A stretch of DNA of 64,000 nucleotides from an uncultured Chloroflexia bacterium (GCA_963833225.1 CAWHXD010000007.1:256001-320000), one strand, 5' to 3'; shown: positions 21,111-30,052, counted from the first letter of the stretch. Translations and numbers: made by a program. Notes: generated by a model not told the origin, from the letters alone.

Positions 21111-22355
21111 ATGAGTACCGCCGTCGCCTACCTTCGCCGGAGCCGGGTGGACACCCGCCGCCCTGGCACCGTCTCCCACGCCGAGCAGAAGCCGCCGTCA
21201 CCGCTCTGGCCGCCCAGCATGGCGATCACGATCTAGATGTTCTCGAGGACTGGGGGCGATCGGGCCGAGACGAGAAGCTCGCCAAGCGCGACGCGTTCGC
21301 CGATCTCCGGGCCCGCGTCAAGCGTGGCGACGTGACCGCCGTCTACGCCTACGACGTGTCGCGGCTCGGGCGCTCCGTCGTGACCCTCCACCAGCTGATG
21401 ACCGAGTGCAAGGCCGCCGGCATCCCCATCCGCTGCGCGTCGGGCTACTCCCCCGACATCAGCACCGCCGAGGGGCGGCTGGTGTTCGCCAACCTCGCCG
21501 CGATGTTCCAGTACCTCGCCGAGAGCGTGCAGGAGCGGGCCGCGCGGCGCGTCGAGGAGCGGCGCGAGAAGGGGGAGCTCATGGGCCCCGCGCCCTTCGG
21601 CTACCGGCTCGTGGACGGCAAGCATGTCCCCAACCCGGCCGAGGACCTCGCCACCGTGATCGAAACGTGGCGCGCGTCCGAGAGTGTCGCGGAGGCGTGC
21701 CGGCGCCTGAAGATGCCGGGGTGCGGACCCGGTCAGGCGTCCAGTGGCTACCATCGACGCTGTACGCGATCCTCGAGCACGAGGGGCTGCGCGTCCGCAC
21801 CCTGCAACGTGGACGGCCCGTGAAACGCACCTACCGGTTCTCGCGGCTCCTGCGATGCCCGCACGACGACTCCGCGCTCGTGGGCAACGGCAAGAACGGG
21901 CTCGTGCAGTACGAGTGTCGCGCGTCGCGCCTGACCGGCGATCACCCGTACCCACGCAGCATCTCCGAGCGGCTGATCCTGCCGTGGGCGGAGACTGAAG
22001 TGGACAGGCTGCGGCTGCCGGTGGACACGGTACAGACCGCGGTGGACAACGCCGAGCGCCGGGCCATCCTCTCCGGGCGCTTGGACCGCGCCAACGAGCT
22101 CTACATCGCCGGGAGCATCCCCAAGGACCGATACGAGCGGGAGGCCGCCGCGGTGGCCGCGGAGCTCGACGGCTTGGACGCCGAGGACGAGATGATCGCG
22201 GTCCCGCCGATCGGGCCGCACGATTGGGACACTTGGGCGCCCGCGGACCTCAACCGGACACTCCGCGCCCTCTGGTCCCGCGTCGAGCTCGGGGCCGATA
22301 TGCGGCCTGTCCGTGCGGAGTGGCGCAGCCGGCCCTGTGGAGCCCGGCGTCGTGA
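21111..22355 (+). CDS. Large serine recombinase (integrase); 3-4 apparent frameshifts
   Basis: AVAYLRRS (catalytic Ser), YDVSRLGR, PFGY, recombinase domain, Zn-ribbon (LLRCPHD..YEC), coiled coil; assembled from frames of ORFs 20931, 21332 and 21406. Confidence 0.88.
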
Positions 22356-22675
22356 TCCTGCGACCGCTCGCCGTCGTGGGTTCGGCTGCCCGGTGCCCCG
22401 AGCCCACCTGTGGAGCCTGGATTGGCCGCGTCCGACGCGACCGGCGCGTCACCGAGCGTCACGGGCAGGAACCAACGCCCTATGTCGCCGAGACCTTGAT
22501 CCTCTCGACGCTCTGGCGGCCCGTCAACGGCGCTTGGCGCCTCGGCCGCCACCATGGGATGGACGAGCGGACGGTTACCTTCAGGCCGCTACCGATCGTG
22601 TGTCCCAAGTGCCACCACAAGGCCGCCGCACCGCCGCTGGTTTCGCGATTGCAGCCGAGGCCGCACACGGCGTAG
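22352..22675 (+). CDS. Small Cys-rich (CPEPTC...CPKC) protein, candidate recombination directionality factor
   Basis: GTGA overlap with inferred recombinase stop; two Cys pairs. Confidence 0.5.
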   Translation: MILRPLAVVGSAARCPEPTCGAWIGRVRRDRRVTERHGQEPTPYVAETLILSTLWRPVNGAWRLGRHHGMDERTVTFRPLPIVCPKCHHKAAAPPLVSRLQPRPHTA

Positions 22676-22772
22676 TATCTGGCTACCAACCCCAAGCGCG
22701 AGCCGACAGCGCGGCTCCACCGCTCTGCTCAACCGACAACGACGGGCAGGGTCAACGTGGAGTCGCGTTTCG

Positions 22773-22948
22773 ATGTTGTCGGAGAAGAACCCGCGCAAGG
22801 TTCGCGCCGGTCAGGCTGCGATGCGCAAGCGCTGGGGGCCGCAGCGAGTGCTGGCCTGGACCAGCTCGATCCCGTCACCCGTGAAGTGATCCTGTCCATC
22901 GTCGAGGCTCGGCGCAACGCCGCCGCTGCCGACGCCGGGCAGCAGTAA
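22773..22948 (+). CDS. Small basic protein, probably one frameshift (MLSEKNPRKVRAGQAAMRKRWGP...LDQLDPVTREVILSIVEARR)
   Basis: Two overlapping short ORFs join near 22853; TTGCAG-N18-TAGTAT promoter candidate at 22649-22678. Confidence 0.5.
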
Positions 22949-23167
22949 GGGCCGCCGTCATGCGAGCAACCGGCAGCCCTCCGTCCAAGCCTACCCCCGA
23001 CGAGTGGGAGCGGGCTAATCACGCCGCCTACATGGTCGGCGTCATCCTCCGATACCGGCACCCGGCTGGGTCGTCGCGGAGCGGTTCCGCGAACTTGAGG
23101 CCGCGGGAGAGGCCCACAACGACGCATGGTTCGGGACCGCGACGATGGTCCGCGGCTGGGACCAGAC

Positions 23168-24142
23168 GTGAGCCTCACCGAGCCCGAGTGGGTCCGGGAT
23201 GGGCCTACGATCATCCCTGAGGCCGTCACACGGCCCCGGCTGGCCGTCACCGGCTCGCACCGCCTCTCGGTCCTGCGCTGGCAGGAGCTGATGACCTCGC
23301 CGCCCGAGCCGCCGCCGGTCCTCCGGGCCGGTATCCCGGAGGTGGGCGTCACTGTCCTTGCCGGGAGCCCGAAGGTGGGTAAGACACTCTGGAGCTCCCA
23401 GACGGCGCTGGAGATCCGCAAGCCCGTCCTGCTCGTCATCGAGGAGGGCAGCATGAGCGGGATCACCTACCGGCTGGCCAGACAGGCCGCCGCCCTCGAC
23501 ATTGCCGCGCCACCCATCGCGGTTCTGCACCGTCAGCGGATCCGCCTGGACAACCGGAGCAGCGTGGACGCCCTCCGGGCCATCGTGGCGGCCGAGCGGC
23601 CCGCGCTCGTGGTCCTGGACCCGCTCAACCGGCTCCACGGGGCCGATGAGAACCGGCCCACGCAGATGACCCCGGTCATGGACGCCATGGCCGGCATCGC
23701 CTACGACTACGGGGTCGCGGTCCTGGCGATCCACCACCTGTCCAAGCCCTCCGCCGAGCGGCGCGGGGACATCTGGGACCGCTACCGCGGCGCGTCCTCG
23801 ATCCGCTCCGGCACGGACGCCAACCTCGCGCTCGACGGGTCCGGAGACCGCGTGCGGCTGAGGGGTGAATTCCGGGATGCAGAGCCGCTGTCCGAGTACC
23901 TCGAGCTCGACCGCAACACGCTGCTATTCGGGCCGGGCGACGCCCCGGAGGCGCCGACCAAGGTGGACGCCCTCGCGCTGCGCCTGTTCGTCCAGGAGCG
24001 GACGCAGGTCACGGCGGCACAGGTCATGGCCGAGTACGCCGTGTCGAAGATGACCGCCCTTCGAGCCCTTCGAGCCCTCGGCTGTGACGAGTTCCCCGGT
24101 GTCCGCGGGACCCTGACGTTCACCCTCGGAGGTGGCTCGTGA
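23168..24142 (+). CDS. AAA_25 / RepA-like SF4 helicase with possible C-terminal HTH
   Basis: Walker A GSPKVGKT, Walker B LVVLDP, IHHLSK, RGASS. Confidence 0.88.
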   Translation: MSLTEPEWVRDGPTIIPEAVTRPRLAVTGSHRLSVLRWQELMTSPPEPPPVLRAGIPEVGVTVLAGSPKVGKTLWSSQTALEIRKPVLLVIEEGSMSGITYRLARQAAALDIAAPPIAVLHRQRIRLDNRSSVDALRAIVAAERPALVVLDPLNRLHGADENRPTQMTPVMDAMAGIAYDYGVAVLAIHHLSKPSAERRGDIWDRYRGASSIRSGTDANLALDGSGDRVRLRGEFRDAEPLSEYLELDRNTLLFGPGDAPEAPTKVDALALRLFVQERTQVTAAQVMAEYAVSKMTALRALRALGCDEFPGVRGTLTFTLGGGS

Positions 24143-24146
24143 GCCT

Positions 24147-24300
24147 CCACCGTCCACCGTCTAACGACCGTATACCCACCGTCCATTGGACGCTGTCCAG
24201 GGACTGTCCCACCGTATCGTCACACGCCCCCTTTAGGGGGTGGGCTATGCGGTGGACGGTGGACGCCCGGAAGGGACAGTCCCAGAGGGACGACCGTATA
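24147..24300. repeat. Putative replication origin: iteron-like repeats around a central hairpin
   Basis: CCACCGTCC copies and inverse GGTGGACGGTGGAC; GGGACTGTCCC (24200) vs GGGACAGTCCC (24273); ACGACCGTATA x2 (24164, 24290); CCCCCTTTAGGGGG (24227-40). Confidence 0.6.
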
Positions 24301-24421
24301 GCGCGCCCGGCGAAGCCATGGGGGCTTTGGCTAACTCCGCCACCCCCGCCACCCTCCACCCGCGCCTTAGGCGACTCGCTGTGAGCCTGTCCCTTTCCCG
24401 ACCCGTTTCCCAGAGGTTGAC

Positions 24422-24730
24422 ATGACCCCACCCATCCGCCCGCCCTCGCACCTGTCCAAGCCGTCCAAGGCGCTTTACATCGATGTCATGGGCAGCTACC
24501 TGCTCGAGCCCCACCACGTGGCCCTGCTCGTCAAGGCGCTGGAGGCCCGCGACCGTGCCGACCAGGCACGCGCCGAGATTGGCCGCGGACCACTCATGGT
24601 CACCTCCCGGCTCGGCGAACAGAAGCCCCACCCGCTGCTCACCGTCGAGCGGGACGCCCGCGCCCAGTTCGGCACGCTGATGAAGCAACTCGGCCTGGAC
24701 ATCGACGGCCCGCCGTCCAACCGGAGATAG
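24422..24730 (+). CDS. Phage terminase small subunit, P27 family
   Basis: PPSHLS...EARDRADQAR...G..KPHP....ERDAR..F..L.KQLGL pattern; GAGG RBS. Confidence 0.85.
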   Translation: MTPPIRPPSHLSKPSKALYIDVMGSYLLEPHHVALLVKALEARDRADQARAEIGRGPLMVTSRLGEQKPHPLLTVERDARAQFGTLMKQLGLDIDGPPSNRR

Positions 24731-24732
24731 CC

Positions 24733-24942
24733 ATGCCCTCCCCCAAGCGCCGCCCCAAGCTGCACCGCCCGCCCCCTGCCGATCTGTCCGGCCTCGCCTA
24801 CTGGGAACTCGTGGAACTCGCCAAGCGTGGCGAGATCACCTGGTCCGACATCTCGGCCGAGACCCACCGTCAGGTCCTCGCGTCCAACGGCGGCATCGAC
24901 CCCTACGCCCACCTCCGCATCGACAGGGAGCCCCTCGCATGA
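24733..24942 (+). CDS. Hypothetical protein (69 aa)
   Basis: GGAG RBS; tight coupling with neighbours (ATGA overlap downstream). Confidence 0.6.
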   Translation: MPSPKRRPKLHRPPPADLSGLAYWELVELAKRGEITWSDISAETHRQVLASNGGIDPYAHLRIDREPLA

Positions 24943-25180
24943 ACGCCACCGCCGCCGAAATCGCCGAGGCAATCGCCAACCTGGCCGCCGCCGCCCACCA
25001 GCGGCTCGACCGCGGCGACCTGTTCGCCCTGCTGGACGATCCGGCCGCGGAGAAGCGGGTTGACGTGGACGGAGACACCTACCGGCTCACGGCCGGCGAC
25101 GTGACCCTGTGGAAGGCCCTACGGCCGCCGTCGCCGCCGCGGTCGAGATCCTGGCCGCCAAGCGCGACAAGCTGAACTAG
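24939..25180 (+). CDS. Hypothetical protein (~80 aa; probable frameshift near 25120)
   Basis: ATGA overlap; alternative frame ends AVAAAVEILAAKRDKLN*. Confidence 0.55.
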
Positions 25181-25337
25181 CCCGTTGCCGGAACGTGCGC
25201 CCTAGCGGTAACATGTTCTCGCCGCCCAGAGGGTGGCAGTCAACGGGGCAGCGCGCCCGGTGGGCCCAGAGGGCCCGTCAGGAGCAGCGCCCGCCGCCAG
25301 AGGACCGCGCCAGAGGCGAGGCCCACGAGGCAGCGGA

Positions 25338-26709
25338 ATGGCCGACCCGGCCGCCTATCTGCTGGCGATCTCGGCGCCCCTTGGAGACACCGTGACCCCG
25401 ACCAACTTCGACTACACCGCCGAGCAGCTTCGTGCGCTCGATCATGCCATCGAGGGCGCGCGTACCGTCGTCCGGCTCGATGAGATGCGAGACGACGGCA
25501 AGGAGTTGACCTTCAACCAGTCGACCGACCGCGCCGAAGCATCCGGGCGTGGAACGACGCGGCCGACATCGTGCCCAGCCTCGCCCGGTGGGAGAGCATC
25601 ACTACCGACAGCGAGGCCTTCACCCGCTCCCTGGCCACCCTCCGCATGCACCTGCAAATGGGCAAGGGCGCAGCCCTCAGGGCCGAGATGCGTGCCAACG
25701 GCGCGGCCTACCTATTCGATGGAACGCTGGACCGCCCTGGCAGCGGCAATCCCGAAGCCATCACGATGAACGACCAGATCCGCGAGCTCTTGCAGTCCGG
25801 CGAGCGGCAGCACGACTTCGAGTACCTCGAGACCGACGCCATCCGCGAAATCCGCCGTCCTTCGCCGCCGGCGAGCAGAGGGCCATTGCCAACTTCTCGG
25901 ACGCCTCATCGCTGCATGTCAACGACTTCCGGCGACAGGTGGCGATGTACGCCCGCACGGCCAGTCCGTGGCTCGGACTGGCAACCGTCGTGACCTCCGA
26001 CGCGGGCCGGCCTCTGATCGTGCCCAAGCTCACGGGTGACGGCACCGTCTACACCCCGGGTGAGGGGACTGCCGTGTCCGAGAGCTCGGCCGTGCTGGAC
26101 TCCGTCACCGTGACCCCGACCGGGTTCAAGGCGTTGACGTACATCAGCCGTGAGAGCTGGGACGATGAGGAGGTGGACCTCGGCCGCCTGCTTGCCGCCT
26201 CGCACGCGCGGGCCATCGGCCTGGCGTTCGGCTCGACCGCGACCACGGCCGTCCTGGCTGGGATCAGAACGGCGGCACCGCGTCCGGCCTCGGTGGCGAC
26301 GGTACGGCCGTCGTGCCGTTCCTGGATACGAGGACTTGATCGACCTCCAGATGGGTCGAGCAGCCCCGTACCGCGAGGGCGGTGCCTACGTGATGGCCAA
26401 CGGCGCCATCACCAAGGTCAAGAAGTTCAAGGACGGACAGGGGTCCTACCTCTGGCCGACCGGCGCCCTGCCCATCGGTGGCATGGCGTATGAGGACCCG
26501 AACCTGGCGCTCCCGCCTCGGCCACCAAGAGTGTGTGCTTCGGGGATTGGGGCGCCGCCCTGATCATCAAGGCCACGCCGATCCGGGTCGAGGTGTCGCG
26601 GGACTTCCTGTTCAACACCGACCAGGTGGCCATCAAGACCGTCCAGCGCATCGCCCTCGCGGTGCAGGACCCGGCCGCTGCCGCGTACCTCGTGAGCGCC
26701 GATACGTAG
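25338..26709 (+). CDS. HK97-fold major capsid protein; about 4 apparent frameshifts
   Basis: PLIVPKL...GEGTAVSES...ISRE..DD..VDL...A.AIG; KFKDGQGSYLW; FGDW...VEVSRDFLFNTDQVAIKTVQR. Confidence 0.82.
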
Positions 26710-26945
26710 ATCCCCCGGACCGCCAGTACCCCTCCGGCCTGTCCACCTCAATCGCCCGCACGGGTTCCGCGTCGTCGCTCCACCTCGAAGGCGCGGCGCT
26801 CTGGCAGCAGCTTCGGGTCCGGCCGGAGCGTGCGGGCTAGGCCGTCGCTGACCGGCGGCGCAACCCCCCGTGGGGAACGCAGGACCTTCGAACGAGGTAA
26901 AGTCACGTACGGTCATGACAACGATGACGAACGACCAACCCGACA

Positions 26946-27770
26946 ATGCGTGATCGGGACCGCGACAAAGTCGCGCTCCGGGGCTCCATCGTTGACTTCG
27001 GCGATCCGCCGGTTATCGAAGTGGCCCTGTCGACCGAGATCCGTCGTTTACCGCACATGAGCCTGGTCCGCATCGTGGACGCATGGCACGAGCTGTATCA
27101 GGATCGCTTCCCGGAGGTTCAGGAACAGGCTCGCTACGCGCCCCCGCCGCTAAACGCGGAGCGCGGGCAGAGGATTTGCATGATGTCCCAACTTCCCACG
27201 CCAAGGCTGTGGTTCCTCAATCAGGCTCGAACCGACCTCATTCAGCTCCAGAACGACTGGTTTGGGCGCAACTGGCGCAAGGTTGAGGGCGCCGAGGAGT
27301 ATCCACGATACGGCGTCCTCCGCGAGGCGTTCGCCCACGACCTTGGGCTACTGCGGGACTTCACCGAGCGCAATGCGCTGGGATCTCTTGTGCCCACTAC
27401 CTGTGAGATCACGTACATCAACCACATCGAACTGGCACCAGACTTGGGTGTTGAACAGGTCCTCGGCGTGCTATCGCGGGATGGTGGAGGCTTCCTCCCC
27501 AAGATGGAGGCAGGTAGCCTGTCGGCTCGCTTCGCAATTACGGACGGCGAACACGCGCGAGGTACGCTTGCCGTCAACGCCTCGACCGCCACCCGGGCTG
27601 GCGACAATGCCAGCATTCTCGCGTTGCAGGTGACGGCTCGAGGGAACGCCACCACAGGCGATGTTGCTGGCGTGCTGCGATTTTTGGATCTCGGTCACGA
27701 ATGGGTTGTGCGTGCATTTGCGGAGTTGACGACCGAGCAGATGCACCAGCGCTGGGGGAGGACGCAATGA
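26946..27770 (+). CDS. TIGR04255-like protein
   Basis: FGDPPVIEVAL, RLWFLN...LIQLQND...NWRK...YPRY, CEITYINHI, HEWVVRAFAELTT...W pattern. Confidence 0.8.
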   Translation: MRDRDRDKVALRGSIVDFGDPPVIEVALSTEIRRLPHMSLVRIVDAWHELYQDRFPEVQEQARYAPPPLNAERGQRICMMSQLPTPRLWFLNQARTDLIQLQNDWFGRNWRKVEGAEEYPRYGVLREAFAHDLGLLRDFTERNALGSLVPTTCEITYINHIELAPDLGVEQVLGVLSRDGGGFLPKMEAGSLSARFAITDGEHARGTLAVNASTATRAGDNASILALQVTARGNATTGDVAGVLRFLDLGHEWVVRAFAELTTEQMHQRWGRTQ

Positions 27771-28284
27771 CGGCTCTGCTGCCAGAGACACGGTACCTAT
27801 CGGACCACCTGGTGAATGGCCAGTTCGAGGACTTTGCCGCCACGGGGGCCGCAACGACTGGGAGTCCGGCGTCTTTCACCTATCGCCTGGGGACAGCAGA
27901 TCTTGCTCCTTACATCGCACGCCAACGAGCTGACGAGTTCGTGTCGCGCGCGATCGAGCGACTGGAGTTGATGCGCCCGAACTGGGACGGAGACAACGGG
28001 CGGGCGATCTCGCCTCGAGCCCTTGCATACGCGGCCGGGCTGGTTCCCGATCTTGCTGCCCAGGGGGTGATGATCCCAAGCCTCGTTCCGGTGTCGGATG
28101 GCGGGATCTCGATTGAGTGGCACCGCGGGGGCCGCCAAAGCTGACCCTCTACGTCCCTCCGCGGTTCCCGGACGAGGACGCCGTCGCCTACTACCTCGAC
28201 GAGCGCACTGGCAACGAGTGGGAGGAAGCGCTGCCAGCCAACGAGTCGCGCGTTGAGGCGCACTTGGCGCAGTTCCTGGAGTAG
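27767..28284 (+). CDS. Conserved hypothetical protein (NWDG...P..DGGISIEW); probable frameshift near 28138
   Basis: GGAGG RBS, ATGA coupling; second frame continues LTLYVPP...HLAQFLE*. Confidence 0.7.
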
Positions 28285-28343
28285 CCCGATTTGGAAACGT
28301 CGACGCTGACTGGCAACGCTTCCGTGAGCCAGGGGACCGAGGT

Positions 28344-28754
28344 TTGACTGAGGCGCGGGTAGAGGCTGATGCCATCCTTCTGCGCAAGATCACTCCCGAT
28401 TGGGTGGTGCCCGACAACGAAGGTGGGTTTCGTGTGTCGAGTGCGGCGTACAGAGGCAATCGGACTGCCTCGAATTTGAGGGCGTTCTCGGTGTTCGTCG
28501 AGGCCCGGCTGACAGCGTCCGGGGCTGACGCCTCCGTACTCTTGGACGCTGATCAAGGCCTCTGGAGCGTCGTGAGCATCGACATCGGGACCGTGCGCGA
28601 AGTCGACCTTGAAGCGTGGTACCGCCCCGAAGGGGTGGACCCCATCCTAATTGAAGCCCACGCAGAGGTTGAAGGATCCATCAGCACGAAGAAGGCGTCG
28701 ACACTGGCTCGCAAGTCGCGACAGGTGATTTGGCGAGGGTCGTCGTCAGCGTGA
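28344..28754 (+). CDS. Putative ADP-ribosyltransferase-fold toxin-like protein
   Basis: LLRKI.P.W...RVSSAAY...FSVF...V.I..G.VR...AHAEV.G pattern; fold assignment is inference. Confidence 0.55.
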   Translation: MTEARVEADAILLRKITPDWVVPDNEGGFRVSSAAYRGNRTASNLRAFSVFVEARLTASGADASVLLDADQGLWSVVSIDIGTVREVDLEAWYRPEGVDPILIEAHAEVEGSISTKKASTLARKSRQVIWRGSSSA

Positions 28755-28806
28755 GTGCTGGGTGCCATATCCCGCCCGCTTGCCAGTTCGCGATTGTCCT
28801 CCGGGC

Positions 28807-29055
28807 CTACGAGGGCGTTCCACCCTCGCGGATCAGCCGAAGGCACCGAGCCAGTTCCCGGATGACCCCCAGCTCGGTCGGGGCAATGGCCGTCCACTCC
28901 TGCGACCGAGCGCCCGCCTGAGCCCACTCTCGCGGATCGAAAGCGTACTGCTCCCACACATTCCGCCCCTCGTCGTAGGACGGCCGGCCCACGAACCAGC
29001 CCGGAGGCTTCGCTTCGTAGAGCTCGCTCCAGGCGGCCTCTAGGTCGGTGGGCAT
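28807..29055 (-). CDS. Hypothetical protein (82 aa), leaderless
   Basis: TACCAT 7 nt upstream of ATG; protein-like, Trp-rich composition. Confidence 0.6.
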   Translation of the reverse strand: MPTDLEAAWSELYEAKPPGWFVGRPSYDEGRNVWEQYAFDPREWAQAGARSQEWTAIAPTELGVIRELARCLRLIREGGTPS

Positions 29056-29100
29056 GGGGCCGATGGTACGGCTATGGCGGCCTTGCGGATCAGTGGTCTG

Positions 29101-29772
29101 CTACTCGCCTGTCCTTTGGGCCATCGAGACCGCGAGCGCGAGGACCGCGACGACTGCACCTGCCACCAGTATCCACAGTCCATACCCCACCGAGGCGCGG
29201 GTGCTCTCACTGCTGGCATCTATGAGGCGGTTCGACATATTGACTAGGTCGTACGCGGACAGCGCGACGAGCACCAGGGCGCCTAGCAGTGCCAGCGGAC
29301 GGCGACGGCGGAAGCCGGTCGCCAACGGAAACGCAAGAACGGCAACCAGCACCGCAAGCCAAAGAGTCAGGACGCCGTCGCCGTCCGTGCCGGCGATAGA
29401 GAAACTGCCAAGACCGCTCTGCGCGCTGGCCCACGGCAGGACACTGCCGACTGCAGCCACAACCGCAGCACCAGCAGCCACATAGCCAAGTTGCGTCGAG
29501 GCTTGGCGAGCGAGCGTGGCGGCTACCGGATCGACCGGGACGGTCCGTATGCGGCCCCAGCTCAGGATCGCGTCCCCACCCAGCCTGTCGAGGACGGCTT
29601 CGCCAATGTTGTCGAGCGGCACCCGAATTTCGTCGCCACTCTTTGTGGACCGGATGATGACCACGCCCGGCTCGAGACGCAGCACCTCGCCACGAGTGCC
29701 GGTCGCTGGTGTCGGAACCTTGTACTTGATGCGAACACGTTGACCCGTCCGTAACTCCGGAAGGCCTGTCAT
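29101..29772 (-). CDS. Membrane protein: N-terminal SH3/KOW-like beta domain + 4 TM helices
   Basis: AAGGAG RBS; LRTGQRVRI...RGEVL; four hydrophobic segments (LPW, GYGLW). Confidence 0.7.
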   Translation of the reverse strand: MTGLPELRTGQRVRIKYKVPTPATGTRGEVLRLEPGVVIIRSTKSGDEIRVPLDNIGEAVLDRLGGDAILSWGRIRTVPVDPVAATLARQASTQLGYVAAGAAVVAAVGSVLPWASAQSGLGSFSIAGTDGDGVLTLWLAVLVAVLAFPLATGFRRRRPLALLGALVLVALSAYDLVNMSNRLIDASSESTRASVGYGLWILVAGAVVAVLALAVSMAQRTGE

Positions 29773-29916
29773 CCCATGCTCCTTTGACACCTCGGTCTTC
29801 GCGACCGGCTCGACGGGTGGTTGCCTGTGAGGCCAGCCTACGCGGATCGCGGCGATGCCGAAGCGTTCGGGCGGGGTCTCCTTCCATGCGCCCGATGCGT
29901 GACCCGCAAAGTTGAC

Positions 29917-29929
29917 AGGGGGCACGTCC
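29917..29929 (+). repeat. attR core AGGGGGCACGTCC
   Basis: Identical to 21083-21095; element arm ACCCGCA (29902-08), host arm CCGCACGGG (29932-40). Confidence 0.85.
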
Positions 29930-30052
29930 TTCCGCACGGGTGTCCGGTTCAAACCCTATCCGCCGCCACTTATCTGCCACTTACGCGGAGGGTGGTACTG
30001 GGCGCTCCCGCGGGAGTCAGGCTAGGATCGGCCCCCGACACCGAGGAGCCGA

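Larger units (their letters stand above)
21083..29929. mobile_element. Integrated phage-satellite-like element (serine recombinase, helicase, terS, capsid, cargo)
   Basis: 13-bp direct repeat AGGGGGCACGTCC at 21083-21095 and 29917-29929; reconstituted attB and attP are both inverted repeats; gene content. Confidence 0.88.

Noticed and set aside
24147-24300. CRISPR array
   Set aside because: Repeats are short, irregular and partly inverted, with no repeat-spacer periodicity and no cas genes in the window.
21083-29929. Complete prophage or capsid-forming PICI
   Set aside because: No large terminase, portal, protease, head-tail, tail or lysis genes between the att sites.
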